Source of the DNA: an uncultured bacterium
GTDB lineage: Bacteria; Chlamydiota; Chlamydiia; Chlamydiales; SM23-39
Reading direction: 5' to 3'
Assembly: GCA_963716985.1 (NCBI GenBank)
Contig: OY970323.1
Location: 64,001 to 128,000, forward strand
Length of the DNA: 64,000 bases
The notes beneath the pieces are model-generated. The model was given only the letters and a program-made list of their open reading frames with translations. It ran no database searches and was not told where the DNA came from. Below, one piece after another: positions 53,200 to 61,467 of this stretch. The position numbers and the translations under genes are program-made. Position 1 is the first letter of the stretch. Every line of letters starts with the position of its first letter.

Positions 53200-53789
53200 C
53201 CAGCACTTTCACAGCAACAACCTCTCCCAGGCTTCTTCAAACTATTCAAAAACACCCCATCGGAAAAGGGGTCAGAGAATTGACCGGGTTTGGCCTAGAA
53301 AACATTCTTAACCACTGTTCCTTAGAAGTACCCGACGAATCTTTATCTGGAGTGGGGTGGATTGTAATCTGGGCCTCCGAAGACCTGGACATCAAACCAG
53401 AGCATGTTTACATCATCCAGGTTTTGCTCAAACTGGCTTGGCTCTATTCCGAGCAGTCAGATTCCCCACTAAAAAGCATGGTTGCGCAAGAACTGACCAT
53501 GTTTGAAGCTGGAATGAAACTGGAAGCGAACAGACGTCAAAAAATTGAAGCAGCCCAAAAAGCGCGTCCATGGCCCGCTCTTGATCAATGGATTAGTAAA
53601 AAGCTTAAACTCAAGACGGAATGGACAAGCGCAAAACTATGGACCGCCTTACCCCTGAGTCATGATGGTGATCTCATTTATCAAGATGGAGGAAAATTGC
53701 ATTGCTCTCAGGGCAATTATAGCTCAATTGGTTATCGTGCATTTTGCGATCATGTCAAGCGACAGCGTGAAAAAAATAAATGCAGATAG
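53196..53789 (+). CDS. hypothetical protein between int and alpA
   Basis: ATG overlaps the integrase stop; typical position in integrative elements. Confidence 0.6.
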   Translation: MTSTFTATTSPRLLQTIQKHPIGKGVRELTGFGLENILNHCSLEVPDESLSGVGWIVIWASEDLDIKPEHVYIIQVLLKLAWLYSEQSDSPLKSMVAQELTMFEAGMKLEANRRQKIEAAQKARPWPALDQWISKKLKLKTEWTSAKLWTALPLSHDGDLIYQDGGKLHCSQGNYSSIGYRAFCDHVKRQREKNKCR

Positions 53790-53853
53790 CGACGCTAGCT
53801 GCATCTGCATGTGAGACGCTATGTCACATAGTAACTTCAAATGAGGCTATGTG

Positions 53854-54063
53854 ATGAAAAATATAACAGCTTTCCTAAGAGACACCGAAGCCGCTGTCCG
53901 ATATGGCGTGAGCCGTCCAACCATTTGGCGGTGGACCAGAAACGGCAAATTTCCCAAACCAGTCAAGCTTGGGGCTGGCTCGACTCGCTGGCGTTCCACT
54001 GACCTAGAAGCTTGGGAACAAACCCAAATTGAGAATATCGCTTCTCGCGGCGCAAATTCCTAG
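53854..54063 (+). CDS. AlpA-family regulator/excisionase
   Basis: GVSRPTIWRW...GKFPKPVKLG..STRW. Confidence 0.92.
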   Translation: MKNITAFLRDTEAAVRYGVSRPTIWRWTRNGKFPKPVKLGAGSTRWRSTDLEAWEQTQIENIASRGANS

Positions 54064-54077
54064 CCGGACGACAAGCT

Positions 54078-54968
54078 ATGTCTAAACTTCCATACGTCTT
54101 TCTTGCTCTACCGCATGAGTTTTTGACAGAGGATTTTTTAAAAGATCCCGCCATGATGCGCTTTGTTGTATGGATGTTCAAACGTATCTCTCCCAGCCCT
54201 TCGTTGGTTCCCTTGAAGGGGATGAGCAAGCAACTGCTTCTCGATCCATTTGAATTCATGTTTGGTAGAGAAACCTGCGCTTCGGCCGCGGGCATCTCTC
54301 TCAAAAACGCGCGTACAAGGCTAGAACAGCTAATCGGCCTTGGATACATCAAGAAAGTGGCCGGCAAAGGGGCCAGCACTTATTCGGTTTATTGCCTTGA
54401 GACAAGGGCGCTTCGACAGAGTGTTAACGGCCAGCAAAACGAACAGCAACTCGAACAGCAGATAGGCCAGCGAACTGGCCACAATCTAGAAGCGCAGATC
54501 CCAGATCTTAAAATTATAAAAGAGACGCCTAACGGCATCTCGAAAACAGTCGATAGGTCGCCTTTTTCAGACAAACAGAAAATGGATCTTCAGGGATTGC
54601 TTGCATATTGCCAAGGTAAGGGGCTTCGGATTTCAGAACGCGCCTTGAGAAGGTGGCTTCGTCTCTATGAATCGGGGCGTATAACGGACCATCTCTCATT
54701 GTTGCTAAAGGGGATCGATGGAATTAAAAAACCTGAGGCCTGGATGGAGGTAGCTTTGAAAGAAAATTATTCTAGTCAGAATAGCAACATCAAAGAGAAT
54801 CGGCTTTTTACAGAGGGCTTTGTGCGAAGCCATAACTGGACTGATATGAAAATAACGCAATCCTATTGCACCCACCTGCCTTCCAGCAAAGATTACTCGT
54901 TTAAATTGCCTCCAGAAGGTTTTCGAGGAATGTTGGTCGATTGCTACGAGCAGTACCGCCAAAATTAG
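54078..54968 (+). CDS. putative phage-type replication initiator (wHTH plus iteron-like linker)
   Basis: GISLKNARTRLEQL..LGYI wHTH; GQQ/EQQ repeats; follows alpA. Confidence 0.65.
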   Translation: MSKLPYVFLALPHEFLTEDFLKDPAMMRFVVWMFKRISPSPSLVPLKGMSKQLLLDPFEFMFGRETCASAAGISLKNARTRLEQLIGLGYIKKVAGKGASTYSVYCLETRALRQSVNGQQNEQQLEQQIGQRTGHNLEAQIPDLKIIKETPNGISKTVDRSPFSDKQKMDLQGLLAYCQGKGLRISERALRRWLRLYESGRITDHLSLLLKGIDGIKKPEAWMEVALKENYSSQNSNIKENRLFTEGFVRSHNWTDMKITQSYCTHLPSSKDYSFKLPPEGFRGMLVDCYEQYRQN

Positions 54969-54978
54969 GAAAGGAAGC

Positions 54979-55461
54979 ATGGAAGCAAAGATTCAGTCTC
55001 CTGAAAATTCAGGAAAAATACAGGTGAAGGGAAAATATAAGAAGGGATGCTCAGGCAATCCGAATGGGAAGCCAAAAGGCGCTCGAAATAAATCTACTCT
55101 GGCAGCAGAGGCTCTTTTAGAAGGTTCTTTAGACAAAATATGCAAGAAAGTCGAAGAGGAGGCTTTGAACGGCAACATGCAGGCTGCGAAAATGATCTTG
55201 GAGAGATTTTTGCCGCCACGAAAAGATCGATGCATCGAAATCGCCCTCCCCTCGATAGATACCTTCAAGGATGTGCTCAATGCCGTTGGATTTATCGTCA
55301 ATGCAGTAGGAAATGGCAAGATCACTCCTTCTGAGGGAGAATTGCTCGCAAAAACGGTAGAAAGTTATTCAAAGGCTTTGGAAGCTTACCAATTCGAATC
55401 CAGGCTGAAGAACTTAGAAGAAAATCTAAACGAGAGGGGTAAACATGAAGCCAGCAAATAG
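54979..55461 (+). CDS. DUF5681-domain protein
   Basis: KGCSGNPNGKPKG. Confidence 0.8.
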   Translation: MEAKIQSPENSGKIQVKGKYKKGCSGNPNGKPKGARNKSTLAAEALLEGSLDKICKKVEEEALNGNMQAAKMILERFLPPRKDRCIEIALPSIDTFKDVLNAVGFIVNAVGNGKITPSEGELLAKTVESYSKALEAYQFESRLKNLEENLNERGKHEASK

Positions 55462-55666
55462 AAAACGGGTGGAGGAGCTAGAAAAGGCTTGTAAACCAGG
55501 GAGGGGGAAACCCTCTTATGCCTTGGTCATATACAGCCCCGAAATATCAGATCAAATTTCTGGACTTGATGTAGATGCTGATTTTGTAGTGGCTTTGCCT
55601 GATAATGGAAGAGGCGATCTCGGCGAAGAGATACCCAAAGGAGAGTACAGGGTGTTTTTTGGCTAA
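55445..55666 (+). CDS. conserved 73-aa hypothetical protein of the element core
   Basis: Paralog of 34811-35032. Confidence 0.75.
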   Translation: MKPANRKRVEELEKACKPGRGKPSYALVIYSPEISDQISGLDVDADFVVALPDNGRGDLGEEIPKGEYRVFFG

Positions 55667-55728
55667 GTTGTTTAAAATCTTTTTTCTGAATATGCTTTGT
55701 TGCATTTTATGAATTCTCGAGAGGGCGT

Positions 55729-56616
55729 GTGGAAAAAAATGATGATAATAGCCTGATTCCTAGCAAACTGTCATTTGAAGATTTAAAAAAGATCAATCAG
55801 CATGGGATTGAGTATTGGAGTGCCAGGAGTTTACAGCCGTGCCTCGGATACTCTCAATGGAGGCGGTTCGAGAACGCTATCCAAAAGGCCATAGAGTCTT
55901 GCAAGCAATCTGGAAATGACCCAGACCATCACTTTGCCGGCGCCGGCAAACAGATCAATCTTGGAAAAGGGGCTACTCAAATTGTTGAAGATTACCATCT
56001 TTCGCGTTTTGCTTGCTATCTTATCGCCCAAAATGGAGACGCTAGAAAACCAGAAATTGCCCATGCGCAGAAGTATTTCGCGATTCAAACTCGTCGCCAA
56101 GAACTTACCGATGCCGCCCTCGCTGATTTTGAGCGCTTAGAGTTGCGGAAACAAACTTCCCAGGATTTCAAAGCTCTCTCTGGAGCAGCTCGCGATGCTG
56201 GTGTCCAAAATAAAATGTTCGGGATCTTCCATGATGCAGGGTACAAAGGACTTTACGGAGGGCTTGGATCGGATGCAATCAAAGCCCGTAAAGGAATTGA
56301 TCCTAAGGAACAGCTGATGGACCGGATGGATAGAACCGAGCTGGCGGCTAATCAGTTTCGGATGACTCAAACACGAGAAAAGCTCAAACGGGAAGGCATC
56401 AGGAATCAAAGAGATGCTATCGAGGCTCACGAAGCAGTTGGAAAAGAAGTTCGGGCTGCTATTGCTAAAATCGGCGGTACAGCTCCAGAAAACATTCCTC
56501 CTGCTGAACACATCAAAAAAGTAGAAAAACGTTTAAAAAAAATTAAGCCAAAGTTGCTTCTTGATGAGAAGGATTCGGGATTGCAGCGACAAAATTCTCT
56601 CGAAAATCCTGAGTGA
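55729..56616 (+). CDS. dinD: DNA damage-inducible protein D-like (Bro-like N-terminus)
   Basis: EYWSAR, LSRFACYLIAQNGD, YFAIQTR, GYKGLYGG, ELAANQFR. Confidence 0.88.
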   Translation: MEKNDDNSLIPSKLSFEDLKKINQHGIEYWSARSLQPCLGYSQWRRFENAIQKAIESCKQSGNDPDHHFAGAGKQINLGKGATQIVEDYHLSRFACYLIAQNGDARKPEIAHAQKYFAIQTRRQELTDAALADFERLELRKQTSQDFKALSGAARDAGVQNKMFGIFHDAGYKGLYGGLGSDAIKARKGIDPKEQLMDRMDRTELAANQFRMTQTREKLKREGIRNQRDAIEAHEAVGKEVRAAIAKIGGTAPENIPPAEHIKKVEKRLKKIKPKLLLDEKDSGLQRQNSLENPE

Positions 56617-56715
56617 CTCTATTCGTGATTAGAGCTTTATGTAAGCTATGCAATTTTTTAATACATAGTGTTGCACAGTAAATTGCATAGTATTTTTGAT
56701 AAAACAAGGTTGATA

Positions 56716-57432
56716 ATGTGTCAGATAGAGATGAACTCTTCTTGGTTAGATCAGTGGTGGAAATTTTGGCCGATGTGGGCTCCCCTTCTTGCTGCTTGGT
56801 GGAATCTGAGAATGGAGATTAAGGCCAATAGAAAAGCATCATTAGAAATGTTTAATCTTCAGGAGAGAAAAAATGACGCCCGAACCAATATTCCTGTAGT
56901 GATTGAGATATTGGACGATCTGGCGGATTTACAGCAAGCATTCATATTTCGAGGTCGATTCATCCCTGGTCTAGAGCATCGATGTCCAGATATTCAATTT
57001 AAAGACGGTGGAACCGAGGGGCAAATATCTGTCGCAGAAAGAACCCATCAGTTGCGTTTGATTGCGCGGAGAATGCTTACCAATTGCCGGAAGGTCATTT
57101 TTCTAATGCCAAAGAATGTTATGCCGGAAACGGTTAAGGTGTGTAGGTCTATCAGAGATGCTTGGACTTCAAAAGAACCGGGAAAGAAATATGCCTACGA
57201 AGTTAAGATAAACGCAATTGGATCTTTATTGCAGAATGACTGCGATCATTCGGGATTATCCATGGATGCCCAGCAACAATTCCATCAGTCGCGCCAAAAA
57301 ATCTGCGACACTGACGAAAAGTCATGCGATGCGATTGCTGCGGAATTGGGAATATTTCACTCCGATCTAGAAGCTCGCGTAGAAGAAGAGTTTCCTACTT
57401 ATGCGTGTGAAAGCCCTGGGGGAAAATCTTGA
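56716..57432 (+). CDS. hypothetical protein with Trp-rich hydrophobic N-terminus (start uncertain)
   Basis: Long ORF in the cargo slot. Confidence 0.55.
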   Translation: MCQIEMNSSWLDQWWKFWPMWAPLLAAWWNLRMEIKANRKASLEMFNLQERKNDARTNIPVVIEILDDLADLQQAFIFRGRFIPGLEHRCPDIQFKDGGTEGQISVAERTHQLRLIARRMLTNCRKVIFLMPKNVMPETVKVCRSIRDAWTSKEPGKKYAYEVKINAIGSLLQNDCDHSGLSMDAQQQFHQSRQKICDTDEKSCDAIAAELGIFHSDLEARVEEEFPTYACESPGGKS

Positions 57433-58172
57433 ACATGTTTGAGTGCCGCTTGTCGGTAACGACAAAAAGGACAGGCATTGTTGGAGGGCGGGCATTGTTC
57501 TCGTTCTAAGCATGCGCGAATTTGCAATAGGGTGGGTTCGATCCAGCTGTCATCGCCTTCGTAAGGAAGAACTGAGATCGAGAATTCAAGCTTGCCGCCA
57601 AATTCTTCTCTAGAATCATCGCCATTACAGTAAACAAAATACCCTGTTTTTACGACTGCAAAGCCTTTGCATCGAAGAAGCCATTGGTAGATTTCCATCT
57701 GGTTTTTATAGGATTTTCGATAGTCTTCATCCAGCGAAATCTCTTTCTTGGTGCTAGTCGCCTTATAATCCACAACAATCAACTCCCCAGTTGGGGTGAT
57801 CCAGAGATCATCAACTGCACCCGTAATGATGAAATTCGTTGGTTCATGCAGATATTGAATACCCTTTAAGTTCATTCGCCAATCGTCAAGCTCGGGGTGT
57901 GAAAACGGGATCGCATCAATCTCATGGTTAATAAGAAGGGGATGGGGTTTTCCTTGTAACCGATAGATATCAAATTCTTTTTTTAAAAGAGTGTCGACGG
58001 CTGTGTTGAGAGTGAACGGGAACCCGGGAGGCTGAGCAGTCCCGCACTTGCGGTCGAGATAGAAACACCGAGGACAGTCAAGAAAATTCTGTATTTTTGA
58101 GCGGCTCAGTTTAAAAGGACGCGACTCTTCTGAGGAAAATAAATTTCTAGATCGATTTGGATTGTAATTCAT
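57399..58172 (-). CDS. PD-(D/E)XK RecB/Cas4-like nuclease, copy 2
   Basis: Close paralog of 37774-38541 with the same motifs. Confidence 0.85.
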   Translation of the reverse strand: MNYNPNRSRNLFSSEESRPFKLSRSKIQNFLDCPRCFYLDRKCGTAQPPGFPFTLNTAVDTLLKKEFDIYRLQGKPHPLLINHEIDAIPFSHPELDDWRMNLKGIQYLHEPTNFIITGAVDDLWITPTGELIVVDYKATSTKKEISLDEDYRKSYKNQMEIYQWLLRCKGFAVVKTGYFVYCNGDDSREEFGGKLEFSISVLPYEGDDSWIEPTLLQIRACLEREQCPPSNNACPFCRYRQAALKHVQDFPPGLSHA

Positions 58173-58384
58173 AATAAAAAACTAACTACCGGTTCAAATA
58201 ATCATTCGGTCTGTTTTAATAGCGACGACTAATGTAGCATATATCAATATATTGGCAAAACAACAAAAACAAACTAATCTTGAAGAAAAAAATATGGATC
58301 TTGATTAGCAATTTTAAAGGGATTATTGATCGAAAAAAGGAACTGCTTTCGGCAGATTAATTTGTTAAAGGAGATATTCGGCCC

Positions 58385-60133
58385 ATGAATCAACCAACAC
58401 TCTCATCTCTTATTTGGGCTATTGCCGATTTATTGCGTGGAGATTACAAGCAGTCCGATTATGGCAAAGTGATTCTCCCCTTCACTATGTTGCGTCGCTT
58501 GGATTGTGTGTTAGCCCCGACTAAAGACACTCTATTGGCCGAATTTTCAAGGCTACAGAAAAGCGGAGTGGATCCTGAATTGTTTTTGCAACGCAAATCC
58601 GGCCACAAATTTTACAACACGTCCCCCTTGGACATGAAAAAGCTCATGGATGACCAAGACCACATCAAAGAGAACCTCTTTAATTACATTCAGAATTTTT
58701 CAGCTTCTATACGGGACATCTTTGAGCGATTTGAATTTGCAACCCAAATCGAGCGTCTTCAGAAATGTGGCTTGTTGTACCGCGTAACCGAACAATTTTC
58801 CAAATTCAATCTGCATCCCGATGCGCTGGACAATGCGCAGATGGGGCTTGTTTTTGAGGAACTTCTTCGCAAATTTGCCGAACTTTCAAATGAGACTGCC
58901 GGAGAGCACTTTACTCCCCGTGAAGTAATCAAGCTAATGGTCAACCTGCTTTTCATCGAAGACAATGAGATCTTGACCAAGCCCGGCGTAGTGCGAACCA
59001 TTTACGATCCGACCGCGGGAACGGGCGGAATGTTGTCAGTGGCCAGCGAGCATTTGAGGGGGCTTAATCCCCAGGCCAGCCTTACGGTGTTCGGGCAGGA
59101 ACTCAACCCTGAATCCTACGCCATCTGCAAAGCCGACATGCTCATCAAGGGTCAGGACGTCGCTAACATCATTTGTGGCAACACCCTTTCCGAAGACGGC
59201 CACCTCGACAAAAAATTCGACTACATGCTTGCGAATCCCCCATTTGGCGTCGAATGGAAAAAAGTCGAAAAAGAGGTTCGCAATGAACAGGAGACGCAAG
59301 GGTATAACGGGCGTTTCGGCCCCGGTCTGCCGCGAGTCAGCGATGGCTCACTCTTGTTCTTACTGCATCTTATTTCGAAAATGCGACCAGCAAAAGACGG
59401 GGGTAGCAGACTGGGCATCGTTCTTAACGGCTCACCGCTTTTCACGGGAGGGGCAGGGTCGGGCGAGAGCGAAATCCGCCGCTACGTGCTCGAGAATGAT
59501 TTGGTAGAGGCCATTATTGCTCTGCCTACCGATATGTTTTATAACACGGGTATTTCCACTTACGTCTGGATTCTCTCTAACCGCAAGCCAGAACACCGCA
59601 AAGGCAAGGTACAACTGATCGATGCAGGAAACTTTTGGCAAAAGATGAGAAAGAGCCTGGGCAGCAAGCGCAAAGAAATGAATGACGAGCAAATCGAAGA
59701 GATCACACGGCTCTTCGGTGGTTTTGAGGAAGCTGAACGAGATGGCGCGCTAATTAGCAAAATTTTCCGAAATGAGGATTTTGGATATAGGACCATTACT
59801 GTTGAAAGGCCACTACGCGATGAAGCCGGACAAATTGTAATGGGGGTCAAGGGCAAGCAGAAAGGCAAGCCGCAAGCCGACAATAATCTGCGCGACACCG
59901 AGAATGTGCCTTTGGACGAGAATGTGGAAGCCTATTTCAAGAGGGAGGTTCTTACTCACGCAGCGGATGCCTGGATTGACCATGAGAAAACTAAGGTTGG
60001 CTATGAGATTTCATTCAATCGCTATTTCTACGTATTTAAGCCGCCCCGCCAATTAGGTGAGATCGATGCCGAGCTAAAGGATGTTACTAACCGCATTCTA
60101 GTCATGCTCAAAGAAACAGGAGTATCGGCGTGA
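58385..60133 (+). CDS. hsdM: type I R-M methyltransferase subunit
   Basis: GEHFTPR, DPTAGTGGM, LANPPFG. Confidence 0.95.
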   Translation: MNQPTLSSLIWAIADLLRGDYKQSDYGKVILPFTMLRRLDCVLAPTKDTLLAEFSRLQKSGVDPELFLQRKSGHKFYNTSPLDMKKLMDDQDHIKENLFNYIQNFSASIRDIFERFEFATQIERLQKCGLLYRVTEQFSKFNLHPDALDNAQMGLVFEELLRKFAELSNETAGEHFTPREVIKLMVNLLFIEDNEILTKPGVVRTIYDPTAGTGGMLSVASEHLRGLNPQASLTVFGQELNPESYAICKADMLIKGQDVANIICGNTLSEDGHLDKKFDYMLANPPFGVEWKKVEKEVRNEQETQGYNGRFGPGLPRVSDGSLLFLLHLISKMRPAKDGGSRLGIVLNGSPLFTGGAGSGESEIRRYVLENDLVEAIIALPTDMFYNTGISTYVWILSNRKPEHRKGKVQLIDAGNFWQKMRKSLGSKRKEMNDEQIEEITRLFGGFEEAERDGALISKIFRNEDFGYRTITVERPLRDEAGQIVMGVKGKQKGKPQADNNLRDTENVPLDENVEAYFKREVLTHAADAWIDHEKTKVGYEISFNRYFYVFKPPRQLGEIDAELKDVTNRILVMLKETGVSA

Positions 60134-61467
60134 GTTTTCAGCACTATGAGAAGTATACGGGCAGCGGAATGTGGTTGGGAGAAATTCCCGAACATTGGGA
60201 TATTTCCAAAAGCAAGTTGATTTATCGCGAGGTAACGGATCTTTCAACTACGGGCAGCGAGGATCTTTTATCCGTCTCAGAATATTACGGAGTAAAGAGA
60301 CGAACTGAAGTTATGGAGAATGACGATCATATTTCTCGCGCCGAATCACTTGAAGGATATAAAAAATGCAATGCTAATGACTTAGTAATTAACATTATGC
60401 TTGCGTGGAAGCGTGGATTGGGTGTTAGCGACTTTAATGGTATCGTTAGCCCTGCTTATTGCGTGTTTCGTCCTATTAATGAAAATTTTATCAACCCCAA
60501 ATATTTTCATTATTTACTTCGTACGGACCTCTATACCGGTTTTTTTAAGAGTCGATCCACAGGTGTCATTGATTCAAGGTTGCGCCTTTACCCCGACGTT
60601 TTCGGATCAATCGAGATCATATTTCCACCCAAGCCGGAGCAGGATAACATCGTATGTTTTCTTGACCGCGAAATCGCCAAAATCGATGATCTCATCATTC
60701 AGCAGCAGCAACTCATCGAACTTCTGAAAGAAAAGCGCCAAGCCATCATTTCGCACGCCGTTACCAGAGGGCTGAATCAATATGCCCCGATGAAAGAAAG
60801 CGGAGTGGAATGGCTAGGTGTAGTGCCAGAGCATTGGGCACTCTCAATACTGGGCTTTGAATCATGGGTACGAGCTCGCTTGGGATGGAAAGGATTAAAG
60901 GCCGAAGAGTATGTCGATAATGGATTCATTTTCCTAGCCACACCAAATATCAAAGGAATCGACATCGACTTTGAAAATGTCAACTACATAAACGAGCAGC
61001 GTTATGAAGAATCTCCTGAAATTAAACTACGTGAAGGTGACGTATTATTGGCAAAAGATGGCTCCACATTAGGGATAGTAAACGTCATTCGTCGCTTAGA
61101 CCGGCCCTCTACTGTGAATAGCTCGATTGCAGTTATCACCCCACACCAAAACCTACACGGAATATTTCTTTATTACCTATTCCAGAGTAGCTTTATGAAA
61201 AATATCATTGAAATAACTAAGGGAGGAATGGGAGTCCCTCATCTCTTTCAAGAAGATATAAATAAATTCCGTATTCCTATGCCCCCATTTCATGAGCAAG
61301 TCTCCATCGCCACTCACCTCGATCGCCAGACCGCCAAGATCGACGCGCTCACCGATGCCGCTTGCAATGCAATCACCCTGCTTCAAGAACGACGAACCAC
61401 TCTCATCTCTTCTGCCGTCACAGGCAAGATCGACGTGCGCGGAATCACTCAACAGGAAGTCTCATGA
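60130..61467 (+). CDS. hsdS: type I R-M specificity subunit
   Basis: Two TRDs; PPKPEQ and PPFHEQ; AVTRGL, AVTGKI. Confidence 0.93.
   Translation: MSFQHYEKYTGSGMWLGEIPEHWDISKSKLIYREVTDLSTTGSEDLLSVSEYYGVKRRTEVMENDDHISRAESLEGYKKCNANDLVINIMLAWKRGLGVSDFNGIVSPAYCVFRPINENFINPKYFHYLLRTDLYTGFFKSRSTGVIDSRLRLYPDVFGSIEIIFPPKPEQDNIVCFLDREIAKIDDLIIQQQQLIELLKEKRQAIISHAVTRGLNQYAPMKESGVEWLGVVPEHWALSILGFESWVRARLGWKGLKAEEYVDNGFIFLATPNIKGIDIDFENVNYINEQRYEESPEIKLREGDVLLAKDGSTLGIVNVIRRLDRPSTVNSSIAVITPHQNLHGIFLYYLFQSSFMKNIIEITKGGMGVPHLFQEDINKFRIPMPPFHEQVSIATHLDRQTAKIDALTDAACNAITLLQERRTTLISSAVTGKIDVRGITQQEVS

Noticed and set aside
37774..58172. CRISPR-Cas locus suggested by Cas4-like nucleases
   Set aside because: No repeat-spacer array and no cas1/cas2 or effector genes seen in the window.
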